Assembly: GCA_037190965.1 (NCBI GenBank)
Contig: JBBCKI010000023.1
Coordinates: 34,619 to 98,618, forward strand
Length of the DNA stretch: 64,000 nt
Reading direction: 5' to 3'
DNA from: Chthoniobacteraceae bacterium
Lineage (GTDB): Bacteria; Verrucomicrobiota; Verrucomicrobiia; Chthoniobacterales; Chthoniobacteraceae
In this document: positions 9,227-21,500 of the stretch, in pieces
Numbering within the stretch: position 1 is the first letter of the stretch
Layout of the letters: every line of letters begins with the position of its first letter
Notes under the pieces: model-generated
What the model was told of the DNA's origin: nothing
Seen by the model: the letters and a program-made list of their open reading frames with translations, nothing else
The model's database searches: none
Program-made: the position numbers and the translations under genes

Positions 9227-9856
9227 TCAAAAGAAACGCCCGGCAAGCCACTGCCGCACCTTCCCGAGTTCCGCGGAAGCCAGTTGATGGCCACTGTCGC
9301 TCCATCCCAACGCGACATCGGCTCCGGCTTGTTTCAACATCGCGGCCAACTGTTCAACCTGGTGCGGGGGCACCAGCGAGTCGTGTTTTCCCGACGCGAG
9401 ATAGACCGGCACCCCGGCAAGATCTGGAAGCACCTTCGGCAACAATGGAACCATCGCCCGCAAAAGGACGGCCCCCCGGAACAGGCCCGGGCACAGGAGC
9501 AGACCGCTCGCGGCGATGTTCGCGCCGTTCGAATACCCGACGACGATCACATTATCGGCGTCGAACCGATAATATTCCGAAGCCGCTTTGACAAATTTCG
9601 CAAGCTCGTGAGTTCGGCGGATCAGATCCTCCTCGTCAAACACCCCTTCCGCGAGACGCCGGAAGAAACGCGGCATCCCATTCTCAAGGACCTTCCCCCG
9701 AGGGCTCAGCAGGGACGCGCCCGGGGCCAGCGAATGACCGAGATCGATCAAGTCGTTTTCGTTCCCTCCCGTGCCATGCAGGAGTAAGAGCACCGGGCCC
9801 GAAACCCCGGCCGCGCCGGGCACAAAGCGATGGATGAAATCCAACGGGTTATTCAT
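9227..9856 (-). CDS. Alpha/beta hydrolase, MhqD-like carboxylesterase
   Basis: LLLHGTGGNE, ENGMPRFFRR, GYSNGANIA and GHQL motifs. Confidence 0.9.
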   Translation of the reverse strand: MNNPLDFIHRFVPGAAGVSGPVLLLLHGTGGNENDLIDLGHSLAPGASLLSPRGKVLENGMPRFFRRLAEGVFDEEDLIRRTHELAKFVKAASEYYRFDADNVIVVGYSNGANIAASGLLLCPGLFRGAVLLRAMVPLLPKVLPDLAGVPVYLASGKHDSLVPPHQVEQLAAMLKQAGADVALGWSDSGHQLASAELGKVRQWLAGRFF

Positions 9857-10829
9857 GGCGATGAGGGATTTTTACGTCAGGAAGTGGCTTCAGACCCGCT
9901 TCGATCTGCGGCCGACTTTTTTCCAGAAACGGAGGCAGCGACAAACGCTCGCCTAAGTGCTCAAGATCTTCTCCATCGGCGGTGAATCCCGGCCCTTCCG
10001 TCGCGATCTCGAACAGAATCCCGCCCGGAATGCGGAAATAGAGCGACTGGAAATAAAACCGGTCGATCGGCCCGGAAGCAGGCACCCCGGAATGGGCAAG
10101 ATGTTCCCTCCAGGCGTGCAGAACGTCGACATCCGCCGCCTTCCACGCGACGTGATGCACCCCGCCCGCCCCGAGGGTTCCCAGTGTCGCGGAGGTAAGC
10201 AGCCGAAGCTGCGCCCCGGGACCGCCGTTGCCAACTTCAAACAGCGACGGATCGTTCGCGTTATTCCGAAACCCCAATATTTCAACCAGCATGGCCGCCG
10301 TCGGTTCAAAATCCCGGACGGTCAGCGTCACTTCGCTGAGCCCGACAATGGCGGCGGCGCGAGACACGGGAGCCGCCCTCCAAGGATGGAAATCGGCGGC
10401 CGCCGCCGTGACCGGTTCGGCAATAAGGCGCAACCGCTGCCCCTCCGGGTCCTGAAAAGGAAGACTTGGGAAACGGGACGCCGTGGCTTCTTCGATGGCT
10501 CCATGCGAGACTCCATTTTCGTCAAACCAGCGCGCCCAGAGCTTCAGCGTCTCCTCGTCGCCGACCACCCGTAGCGCGGTTTCACTAACCGTTCTTGCCC
10601 CAGGGCGGGCCGGCGGAACCTGTTGCCAGTCGAAGAAGGTCACTTCCGTGCCTGGGCTGCCGAGCTCATCCCCATAGAACAGGTGATAGGCCGAAACGTC
10701 ATCCTGGTTGACCGTCTTCTTCACCAGCCGCATTCCAAGAATACGGGTGTAGAAGTCGAGATTCTCGCTCGCATTGCCCGTCACCGCGGTGAGGTGGTGC
10801 AAGCCTTTGAGAGGTGGTGCTTTTGACAT
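9849..10829 (-). CDS. Ring-cleaving dioxygenase, MhqO/MhqA-like (VOC superfamily)
   Basis: GLHHLTA, LVKKTVNQDD...YHLFYGD, VHHVAW, DRFYFQSLYFR.PGGILFEIAT. Confidence 0.92.
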   Translation of the reverse strand: MSKAPPLKGLHHLTAVTGNASENLDFYTRILGMRLVKKTVNQDDVSAYHLFYGDELGSPGTEVTFFDWQQVPPARPGARTVSETALRVVGDEETLKLWARWFDENGVSHGAIEEATASRFPSLPFQDPEGQRLRLIAEPVTAAAADFHPWRAAPVSRAAAIVGLSEVTLTVRDFEPTAAMLVEILGFRNNANDPSLFEVGNGGPGAQLRLLTSATLGTLGAGGVHHVAWKAADVDVLHAWREHLAHSGVPASGPIDRFYFQSLYFRIPGGILFEIATEGPGFTADGEDLEHLGERLSLPPFLEKSRPQIEAGLKPLPDVKIPHRHE

Positions 10830-10833
10830 AATC

Positions 10834-11292
10834 TTATTGGGTTAAATTTCGTTCCAAAACGGAATCGAGAGACCATTTCCCGCCGCCGCGAAGAATGAGG
10901 GCGACCGCGATGCCGATCGCGAGCAAGTGAAATTCGAATCCTTCGCCCTTTTGGTTGCCATGCCAGTTCATGAAGAAGCCGTTTGCCAGATGCCCGGAGA
11001 AAATCGCGACTGTCATCGTGGCGGCAATCCCGAAGGCGGCAACCCGGGTCATCACCCCCAGGACAAGGCCGATCGCCCCGGCAAACTCCGCCGCGATGGC
11101 CAGGAAGGCGAAAAGCGCGGGGATCTGCATGGCTCCGGTAAAAAATTCCATCGTGCCGCTAAAGCCATGCCCACCAAACCAGCCAAGGGCTTTTTGGGCG
11201 CCATGGGGAAAGAAGACGACGCCGAGCGTCAGTCGCAGCAGGAGGGTCGAGGTTGCATCGTCGGTTTTCAGTAATGCGTGGAATGCTTTCAT
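10834..11292 (-). CDS. DoxX family membrane protein (MhqP-like)
   Basis: LLRL.LG..FFPHGAQK.LGWFGG.G, AEF.G, GFEFHLL and G.GKWSLD motifs. Confidence 0.9.
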   Translation of the reverse strand: MKAFHALLKTDDATSTLLLRLTLGVVFFPHGAQKALGWFGGHGFSGTMEFFTGAMQIPALFAFLAIAAEFAGAIGLVLGVMTRVAAFGIAATMTVAIFSGHLANGFFMNWHGNQKGEGFEFHLLAIGIAVALILRGGGKWSLDSVLERNLTQ

Positions 11293-11364
11293 GGGGTGTT
11301 TTCCGTTTGATGAAAACATACCACCTCGCCCTCCTTTCCTGTAATGCTCCCTAGCTATCGTCGT

Positions 11365-11381
11365 TATGCATTTTATGCATA
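11365..11381. promoter_or_regulatory. LysR-type T-N11-A box (TATG-N9-CATA) upstream of the DoxX gene
   Basis: TATGCATTTTATGCATA, about 73 bp upstream of the DoxX start; same form as the box at 12531. Confidence 0.55.
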
Positions 11382-11394
11382 TCATACTCGGCCT

Positions 11395-13502
<2,108 letters not shown>

Positions 13503-13522
<20 letters not shown>

Positions 13523-13664
13523 CACGCGCGCGCCGTCGGGCGCGGGGTTCGGCTGCCGTGGTTCCATGAGGGGCGTATCCCAGTACCAAAGCCCGTCCTG
13601 CGGGGATGGACATCAAATGCGACTCGTAAACCCATCCCGCGCTCTCGGCGAGAGCGGGCTACCT
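13503..13664 (+). repeat. ~162-bp REP-doublet (REPIN-like) element, copy 1
   Basis: Reverse-complement homolog of 17406-17569; two inverted GTAG-led palindromic units (GGTAGCACGCGC... and ...CGCTCTCGGCGAGAGCGGGCTACC). Confidence 0.85.
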
Positions 13665-13698
13665 TGCAGAACGCTCAATCGTAGAACAAGATGCGACC

Positions 13699-14448
13699 CT
13701 ACGGAGAGGCGCTGTTCGGAGCATAGATCACGCTTCCAACTTCGGCATTCCCGGCCAAGGGATACTTCAGGCCCTTGTAAATGCGGACATCATCCATTAC
13801 CGCCATCAGGCCTTTGGCTTCGCCCGACTCGGGATTGACGGTGCCGCCAATAAAAAGAGGCGCGGCATCCCGTGATTGAACCTGCGCTTCGATGGGGAAC
13901 TTGCCGGCAAGTTTCCCGTCGACCAGAAGGGTTAATATCCGGTCGCTTCCATCATACTGGACGGCCACCTCCGACCACTCTCCCAACGGAAGAGGGTAGT
14001 CTTTTCCCGTATACGCCCGCCATCCCCCTTGAGCATAGTAGCTGAACCCCAACGTTCGGTCCGGCCCGACACTGAGCCGGTAACTACCTCCGGAACCCTT
14101 TGAAATCAGGGCACCGGTCGTTTTTGCCTGTTCGAGGCGGACCCGGGTTTGCACGGTGAACTGATCGCCTGCGGCGAAGCTCAACGTCTCCCTGGTAGGA
14201 ACCGAAATTTCCAGCGCGCTCTTCCCGTCGAACTGCCACGCCTTTCCATGATCCGACTCCGCCAGGCCGCCGCCGCGTTCGGTGATGACAAGGCCGGTCA
14301 GGTTGCCCCCCGGCTTGAGGCCATCCTCAAAGCCGAGTTCGAACATCAGATCGGCGGCTTCCGTGCGGGCAGCCGCGCAAAAAACCAGAACGAGCGCCGC
14401 GCCCGCAGCCCTTCGCATCTTCGCGTGTTTCATAAGCGCAATTTTCAT
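13699..14448 (-). CDS. Secreted LamG/concanavalin-like jelly-roll domain protein
   Basis: Signal peptide; FDGKS, FTVQTRV, W..VAVQYDG....LLVDG, PLFIGG and MDDVRIY LamG motifs. Confidence 0.8.
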   Translation of the reverse strand: MKIALMKHAKMRRAAGAALVLVFCAAARTEAADLMFELGFEDGLKPGGNLTGLVITERGGGLAESDHGKAWQFDGKSALEISVPTRETLSFAAGDQFTVQTRVRLEQAKTTGALISKGSGGSYRLSVGPDRTLGFSYYAQGGWRAYTGKDYPLPLGEWSEVAVQYDGSDRILTLLVDGKLAGKFPIEAQVQSRDAAPLFIGGTVNPESGEAKGLMAVMDDVRIYKGLKYPLAGNAEVGSVIYAPNSASP

Positions 14449-15629
14449 CGGTCATCAGGGGGAGGAGCCACCGTTTCCCGGGGAAGGAATTCACCCGGCG
14501 GAAAGAGGCGATTTTGCGGTCGGCGGCCATCCACCCAATCCATGATCGCCCGCGCGGACGCGGCAGCCATCTCGACCAACGGCGCTTCGAGAACCGCCAG
14601 TTCGCTGAAGGGGAGAAGCTTCGATCCGATCACGCTCACCTGCTTGGGCACATCGAAACCGATCCGCCGCAAATGCCGGACGATCTCAAGCCCCGCCACT
14701 TCGTCCGAGGCGATGATTGCCGAAGGCGGGGTCGGCCCGCTCATCACCTCCTCGACGATTCTCCCAAGATGCTCCTCAAAAGGATAGGGAACCGTTACGA
14801 CCAGCGGCGTTTCAGGCAACACAGGCGTTTCCACCCGGGCCTTTGCCCACGCCGGAAGCAGCGACGACGAAGAGTTCATCACCCCGACGGCCTCCATCGA
14901 GGGCTCCTGGACAAAGAAGGCGAGATGCTTGTGGCCCAACCGGGTCACGGTGCGAATCGACTTCAGGACCTGCGCTTCAAAATCAATCGCGATATGGGGG
15001 ATGCGCTCGTCCTGATACCGCGTGTTGACCCCAAGGCAGTGGATGCCGGCATCGAGCAAGGTCTGGATCGCCGAGAGCGGCACGTTGCTCAAGACCAGGG
15101 CGAACTCTGTCCGGCTGTGTTGAAGCGCGGAAACGAGCGCTTTTCCCATTGCATCGGGATCGGCCACCGACGGCATCCGCTGGACATTGAGGTGAACGCT
15201 CGAGCCATCCGTGACCTTCTCGATCGCCCCCAGCACCTGCGAGATAAAGGGATGGGAGAGGCTGAAGAGATCCTTGACCAGAACGGCCACCTGCCGGTTT
15301 TGCAAGACGGCGGCAAGGTCGCTCACGAACGTTCCCTTCCCCCGCACGCGTCGCAGCAATCCCTCATGTTCCAGCTCGTCCAGGCAGCGACGGGCCGTGG
15401 TGCTGCTCACCTGATAATGCGCGATCAGTTCGCTTTCGCTCGGAACCCGGGAGCCGGGCGCGAATTGCCCGGTGGAGATCGCCCGCTCCATATCCTTCTT
15501 CATCACCTGATAAAGAGGCTTCTGGGCTTTTTCGCTCTGCCGCCCGGCGCGCGGCGCAAGGCGCTGCGTAATCAGGGAGAGGTCTTCCTTGTTCGGGGCC
15601 GGGCTACTGGGCGGGCTACTCTTTGCCAT
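14445..15629 (-). CDS. GntR-HTH / LacI-type sensor hybrid transcriptional regulator (AraR-like architecture)
   Basis: PLYQ...G.F.PGSRVPSESEL...Y.VS..T.RR.L.EL..EGLL.RVRGKGTFV, followed by LGHKHLAF, PSAII..D and VP.QVSVIG. Confidence 0.88.
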   Translation of the reverse strand: MAKSSPPSSPAPNKEDLSLITQRLAPRAGRQSEKAQKPLYQVMKKDMERAISTGQFAPGSRVPSESELIAHYQVSSTTARRCLDELEHEGLLRRVRGKGTFVSDLAAVLQNRQVAVLVKDLFSLSHPFISQVLGAIEKVTDGSSVHLNVQRMPSVADPDAMGKALVSALQHSRTEFALVLSNVPLSAIQTLLDAGIHCLGVNTRYQDERIPHIAIDFEAQVLKSIRTVTRLGHKHLAFFVQEPSMEAVGVMNSSSSLLPAWAKARVETPVLPETPLVVTVPYPFEEHLGRIVEEVMSGPTPPSAIIASDEVAGLEIVRHLRRIGFDVPKQVSVIGSKLLPFSELAVLEAPLVEMAAASARAIMDWVDGRRPQNRLFPPGEFLPRETVAPPPDDR

Positions 15630-15635
15630 TTGTCA

Positions 15636-17351
15636 TTACTCCAACGTTAGATGTCCGAAATCTGCGGGAGTCATCCGACGGCCTCGCGTATTGAACCAGG
15701 CGGAAACCTCCCTTGGATGATCTTGCACGCGAACCAATTGAAATCCAAGAATCTTTCCGGAAGGCTCCTCGAGCCCCAGCGTCTCGAGGGGAATCGCCAA
15801 TTCGGCCTCCCAGCGGTCCGGACTGATCTTCGCGGAATGCGCCCACGGATGCGACCAACCATCAGCGATCCGCTGGCCCGCAAAATCGCCATTGGCCGGG
15901 TCGACCATGAACCGCACATAATCGTCGTGCTGATGGCGATAATCAAGGAACAGGTGCACACTCTCAAACGGATCCCAAAAGCGTCGCGAACCCAGTTGCT
16001 TCACGTTGTAGTTGCTTGGGTCGAAACAGGGAACCTCCGCAAGTTTCCCGGGCGAGCGCTCCTTGCAGATAAAACGGACATACAGCGTCGCGCCATCATG
16101 CGCGATCTGAAAGGAGGTCTCCTGATCGGTCCGGCCATCATCCTGGGTAAACGTCTTGAGGAACCCGGTATGCAGCGGAACCCGGCTCCAGTCCGGCGTG
16201 GTTTCCGCGATCCGGACAGCCGTCACCGCCCGCGAGGCGTATGACTTGCCCAGGCTCACCGCGCGCATCCGATCCGAGATCGGGCTCCTCACCACGGCGT
16301 CGGATTCAAAGAGCACGATCTTTCGGCAGCCCTGCGCCTCGGCCTCGGCCGCAAACGCCTCGAATCCTTCAGGCGGCAAATCATGATAGGCGGGAATGCC
16401 CGGCACCACTTCCACCGCCGTGCCTGCCACTTGAGGCGCAATGGCGGCCAACTGGCGGCGCACTTCCTCAGGCGAATAGGAGTAAGTATGCGACCCGACC
16501 ATGACCTCTCCGATCGCCCCGGCTTTGGCCAGCGCGGGCAGATCGAACGCCATCCATTTCATCAGATCGACCGGCCAGACCAGCAAATCCAGCGGCCGCC
16601 CTGCCTGCTTCGCCAGCGCGGCGATTTCGAGAACAAACTCCGTGAGCGGACGGGCGTTGAACGCCAGCCATTGATCCCACTCCGGGGTACCCGGCGCGAT
16701 AGCCAGCGCGTCGTGACCGGTCTCGTCCCGGAAGGCCGAGATCTTTTCGGGGTTATAGCCGTAGCGATAGTTGCCGTCGACGTCGGCGCTTGGCCTGCCA
16801 TTGCGCCGCAGGAAATCAAGCAACAGGCGGCTCCCGGGCTTCGCGAGCAGCTCTTTGACAATCCCAAGCTTGTACTCGCGCACCGCCGGAAACCAGAAAT
16901 CGAGACACCCCGGAACCGGTTCGCCATCGCGCGTGCGGCAGCGAAGCTCCGGATGCTCCTTGACGAAGTCCGAAGCGAGATGACCGCCATGGTCATCTTC
17001 AAAAATGGTGTACCAGTGGCAGAACTCGATCCCCGAACCGCAGGCGACCTCAGCCATGTCGGAGAGCTGATCCCACTTGCTGTAATCCGCATAAGTCATG
17101 TAGGTGAAAAACGACTTGGGCAACGCTCCGTACCCCTTGAAATTCGGATCGCGATAGCCGGAAGCATCCGCATTGCTGCAAACTCTGGAGGGATACTTCG
17201 CCTGCCCACCGTTATGACTCCGCCAGTAAAGACGTGAGATCCCGGCCTCACCGCTAAAGTCGGCAATGCGCTGAAGACCCGGTTTCCCCCAAGCCCCACC
17301 GCCATAAAACCAGTCGGAATGGGTGCCGAAAGCGTATATTTTCATTGTCAT
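15636..17351 (-). CDS. GHL10/DUF187-like glycoside-hydrolase TIM barrel with C-terminal CBM9-like domain
   Basis: HPEL......G....CLDFWFPAVREY..IVKEL...LLLDF.R and YGYNP motifs; C-terminal HDGATLYV...WEAELAIPLETLG. No signal peptide evident. Confidence 0.6.
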   Translation of the reverse strand: MTMKIYAFGTHSDWFYGGGAWGKPGLQRIADFSGEAGISRLYWRSHNGGQAKYPSRVCSNADASGYRDPNFKGYGALPKSFFTYMTYADYSKWDQLSDMAEVACGSGIEFCHWYTIFEDDHGGHLASDFVKEHPELRCRTRDGEPVPGCLDFWFPAVREYKLGIVKELLAKPGSRLLLDFLRRNGRPSADVDGNYRYGYNPEKISAFRDETGHDALAIAPGTPEWDQWLAFNARPLTEFVLEIAALAKQAGRPLDLLVWPVDLMKWMAFDLPALAKAGAIGEVMVGSHTYSYSPEEVRRQLAAIAPQVAGTAVEVVPGIPAYHDLPPEGFEAFAAEAEAQGCRKIVLFESDAVVRSPISDRMRAVSLGKSYASRAVTAVRIAETTPDWSRVPLHTGFLKTFTQDDGRTDQETSFQIAHDGATLYVRFICKERSPGKLAEVPCFDPSNYNVKQLGSRRFWDPFESVHLFLDYRHQHDDYVRFMVDPANGDFAGQRIADGWSHPWAHSAKISPDRWEAELAIPLETLGLEEPSGKILGFQLVRVQDHPREVSAWFNTRGRRMTPADFGHLTLE

Positions 17352-17368
17352 TTAGTTATAACTCTAAC
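17351..17368. promoter_or_regulatory. Shared operator copy A (TTTAGTTATAACTCTAAC)
   Basis: Matches the sites at 18387, 23157 (reverse complement) and 27294; palindromic GTTATAAC core, adjacent to the GH start. Confidence 0.7.
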
Positions 17369-17405
17369 TTTTAATTTTCCGCAATAAATTTCCCCGATCT
17401 TCGGC

Positions 17406-17569
17406 AGGTAGTCCGCTCTCACCGAGAGCGCGGAATGGGTTTACGAGTCGCATTTGGCGTCCATCCCCGCAGGACGGCGTTGCGCGTATTGGGATGCGGC
17501 CCTCATGAAGCCACGGGAGCCGATACCCGCGCCCGGCGGCGCGAGCGGACTATCGGTGCTGCCGCACCA
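17406..17569 (-). repeat. ~164-bp REP-doublet (REPIN-like) element, copy 2
   Basis: Begins GGTAGTCCGCTCTCACCGAGAGCG; aligns along its length with the reverse complement of 13503-13664. Confidence 0.85.
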
Positions 17570-17573
17570 TTTC

Positions 17574-18350
17574 CTACCAGGCCGTCCAACCGCCATCGAC
17601 CACGAGATTGTGCCCATTGACGTAGCTGGAGGCCTCCGAAAGAAGGAATGCGAGAGCGCCCGCGACTTCGTGCTGTTTCCCGATTCTCCCCATGGGCACT
17701 TTCGCCGCCAATCTTTCGATGAAATCGGGGTTCATACGCTGCATCTCCGGGTGCGGGAACGGCCCGGGAGCCACCGCGTTGCAGCGGACCTGATGCGGCC
17801 CCCACATCACCGCCATATAACGCATCATCTGGTTAATGGCCGCCTTCTGCATCCCGTAATGCAATGCGTTCGGCGGCATCGGAGGCGGGTAGGCGGAGGG
17901 ATCGGGAGCAACCTGCCCGTACATGCTCGAACAAAGCACGAGACTTCCCCCGCTGCCCCGCTCCACCATCCCTTGCCCGACCTCTCGCACCGCGCAGAAT
18001 AGCGAGGTGAGGCCGATTTCATTGTAACGATTCAACTCTTCAGGAGTCAGATCGGCCATTCGCGTGCCGCTTATCGGCGTGGTCAGAAACGCCGCGCCGT
18101 CAGGCAAACTCCGGCTTCGGATCCATTCCAGAACCTCCCCGGTTTTACCGACGTCCAGCGAGGCCCCCGTAACGCGCTCCGACAGCCCGGCGCTTTCGAT
18201 AAACGCATCCGCCTTCCCCGGCAGATCGATGCAAACCACCTCGGCATTCAACTCGTCAAGAACGCGCACCGCTTGTTGCCCCAGATACCCCGCACCTCCG
18301 AAAATCCAGAGAGTGCGGCCCGTCAGATCAAAGAGAGAAGAAGTCATCAT
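17574..18350 (-). CDS. SDR family oxidoreductase
   Basis: FDLTGR..IFGGAGYLG, SSMYG, YGMQK, RCNAVAPGPF and NL.VDGGWTAW motifs. Confidence 0.9.
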   Translation of the reverse strand: MMTSSLFDLTGRTLWIFGGAGYLGQQAVRVLDELNAEVVCIDLPGKADAFIESAGLSERVTGASLDVGKTGEVLEWIRSRSLPDGAAFLTTPISGTRMADLTPEELNRYNEIGLTSLFCAVREVGQGMVERGSGGSLVLCSSMYGQVAPDPSAYPPPMPPNALHYGMQKAAINQMMRYMAVMWGPHQVRCNAVAPGPFPHPEMQRMNPDFIERLAAKVPMGRIGKQHEVAGALAFLLSEASSYVNGHNLVVDGGWTAW

Positions 18351-18386
18351 GAATTTTGGAATAAACCGGCATTGACTCCATTAATT

Positions 18387-18404
18387 TAGACTTATAACAC
18401 TAAG
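18387..18404. promoter_or_regulatory. Shared operator copy B (TAGACTTATAACACTAAG) in the divergent SDR / large-protein promoter region
   Basis: Matches the consensus; TTGACT at 18372-18377 lies just upstream. Confidence 0.65.
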
Positions 18405-18510
18405 CAAGCTCGATTCCCCCAGCACTCAAAAAAACCCGGGTGTTTCCGCTGCTTTTCGGTGCACTTTGATTCACCCACGCAAGATCCCGTTCTCCCACCT
18501 GATCGGCTCC

Positions 18511-21500
18511 ATGAAACTTTCAACCGCACTCCTATCACTCTCCATGCAAGCGATGGTCCTGACGCAAGCGGGGGTTGCAGAGACCCGCCCCTTCGATTTT
18601 CAATACGGCGGCAAGAGCCTCCTCTCGCTTGATTCCTGCGCGGAGCAGCTCAAGCCCACTCGCGGGGGCGGCTCCGTCCGCTTCGCGAATCAAGGAAGCG
18701 AAGAGGTTCTACACCTGTCCGGCTCACCCGCTCAGAAGGCGATCTTCTCCATCAGCGCCCCGGTGGAAAAGGGCGCTGAATATCTCTTCCGGGCCAAGGT
18801 CAAATCGACCGATCAACTGGTTATCCGGATCGGGGCCCTCTCAATGTCCTATAACGATCTCGGCAACTGGCAGACCGTGACGGGGCTCTACCGCGTCAAC
18901 GACGCGATAGCCGCCGAAATCCAGCTCCATCTCCTATCCCTATCCAAGGCCGGGGGAACCGAAAGCGCGGGCGCGGAAATCAAAGAAATTTCGTTGATTC
19001 GCGTCGAACGCCCCACCATTGCCACCCGCCGCTCCTTCTCCGGAAACACCGATCTCGTCAAAAAGGGCGCACCCAACACGACCCTTGTTATTCCTGCGGG
19101 CTCGGAGCTCTATGCAAAACTCGCGACGCAGATTAGCGATGCCGTTCAGGCAAAGACCGGTGTCGCGCTGCCCATCCTCTCCGACGCGGAGGTGACCACC
19201 AAAGACTACCCGGCATTGAAGCCGGAGTTTCACTCCAAAAACCTCATTCTCCTCGGACGTCTCGGCAATAACCGGGCTTTCTGGTCGGCCTACAATCACT
19301 TTCTGACGGCGGTGGACGGGTTCTACCCGGGAGGAAACGGGTACGCCATCAACACGGCGGCCAACGTCTTCCGTACCGGCGGAAACCATCTCATCATTGG
19401 CGGCACCACCGACGAAGGGGTCCAACGCGGCACCGCAAAGTTTCTGGAGAAAATCGCCGGGGTCGAAAGCGAACGAGGGAATTTGCAACTTCCGTGGCTT
19501 CTGGAAGTCGATCTGCGAGGGGAATGCCTCGCCGTCCTGAAGAAGGAAAACGCAAAATGGGAGGAATCGCCGGAAAGCGCCCTTCTCCCCAAGCCGGAGC
19601 CGGGCTATGGCACTGTGGTCCGCTGGTACAACAACGCGATGGGATACTACTGGACCGGGTGGGACTCCTATAAAAAACGGGCCGACCACTACCTCGCGCA
19701 GGTTCTCAGCGAGAAGGCGTACACCCATCACTATATCAGCGAATTTTTTGTCCGGACGGTTGATATGCTGGATGAAAGCGGCCTGATCACCCCGGAGCAA
19801 ATCCGGGAAATCGACTCGCTCTTCACGAAGAACTTTCTCGATTTCATGACCGTGGGCGATCTCTCGTGGATGACGACCTTTGCCCCTCCCTATAGCCAGA
19901 TCGGGCTAGTCAACCGGCACCAGATCGCGCCATGGATGTCTGACTACAAGCTCGCGGAGTTCACCACCGACATCCTGACGCCCGAAGGCGGGATGAAGGA
20001 GCTTGCCGAATTCCGGCGGCAGGAAAAGGAGCGCACGTTCATCAATTTCGTCACGCACCGCTCCAATCCGAGCCTCCCCGGCGGCCTTCTGGACGAAGTC
20101 TACGAAGAGGTCAACGCGACCTTCTTCCGGTTTGCGCTGGAGAAGGAACTCTATCGCGAGTTCTTCGGCAGCGGCAACGCCCTGAAAGCACTGGCGCTGG
20201 AACGGATCGAACCCCGTAGCGGCCGACTCGCGTTTCCCGGCGGGGTTCGCGACTCGAAGTTGCCGCTCGGCATCATGGCATCGTTGACGGGCGACCCCGA
20301 GCTTCATTGGCTCTGGCAGCATCTTCCGACATCCGGCAACTCCCGGGGCTACTTCCAGAGCCGCTATCTGGACAATGTGCGCCGTTACAATCCGGATGCC
20401 TCCGCCCCGCAGGCCAAGCCCAAATCATGGAGCGGCATCCAGTTTACCCCCAACCCGGTGGACGACGCTCCGCTGAAGGCAGACAAGCAAAACTACTACT
20501 TCCTTTCGGTTCGCAGCGGCTTCGAACCGGATGACGACTACCTCGCGTTCAACGGATTCAGCCAGTCCGCGCCTTCCGGAGGTCTGGTGACCCTGCTCTC
20601 CAACGGCGTCTCGTGGCTCGGCGCGGGGGCCGAAGAGGGAGGGCGCTACAACTTCAATTCCGCCAGCGCCATTCGCACGGACAAGGCCGAGAGCAAGGCG
20701 AAGTTCGACGATCAATCCCGCTGCCTCTGGAGCGCGGACCTGCCCTCCGGCATCGCACTCCGCTTTCGGCAACTGCTGACGGGCGAAATCGAATGGACCC
20801 GCGACTTCATCCAGCTCGGCAAGGGGACCTTCGTGTTTCGGGATCAGTTTACCGCGCGTGAAGAGGGCACTTACCTCCTGGGCGTCAATTGGCATCCGGC
20901 AGGCGGCCTTTCGAGAACCGGCAACGCCTGCTCTTTCGTCACCCGCGACGGAAAGCTGCAGATCGAAATGTCGGGCGCAGGTTTTGCGGTGATCGACTCC
21001 AGCGCCGAAGGCCAGGCGAGCAACGGCAGCAGCGTCCGAAACCAGACCCTCAAGCGTCTCGCAAAAGGGGAGTCCGCCGTCTCCTATACCGTCGTTCAGG
21101 CTTCCAAATCGCATGCCGCCAAACTCAAACCGGTCAGCTTCTTCGGGGAAAACAGACTTGCGGTCGGTGTGAACAACGACGAGGCCATCCTCGATTGGAA
21201 CGCGGCGAACCTCACCGGCATGCAATGCGACGCGCAACTCGTCATCCAGACGCCGCAGGAGGCCGGATTTTATGATTGCGGCCGGTTGAGCGCCGATTCG
21301 CAACTCCCGCAGCGCGGCAGCTTCTCCGTCTCGTCCTCGGGAGCATGGAGCCGCCCTGCCGGAGAAGAAGCCCCGGTTCCATCCTCCCAAAACGGCGAGG
21401 CGCTTTTTGCTTCGCTCCGTACCGCCTTGCAGCAACCCGCCCCGCAAACGCCGCAGACGGCAGGGGTCGATCTCCGGGTCGCCGTGAAAGAATCTCCGAA

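Noticed and set aside
17435..17620. Similar short ORFs starting MGLRVAF (here and 13294-13635)
   Set aside because: They arise from the repeat element; the two copies shift frame relative to each other, so the protein is not conserved.
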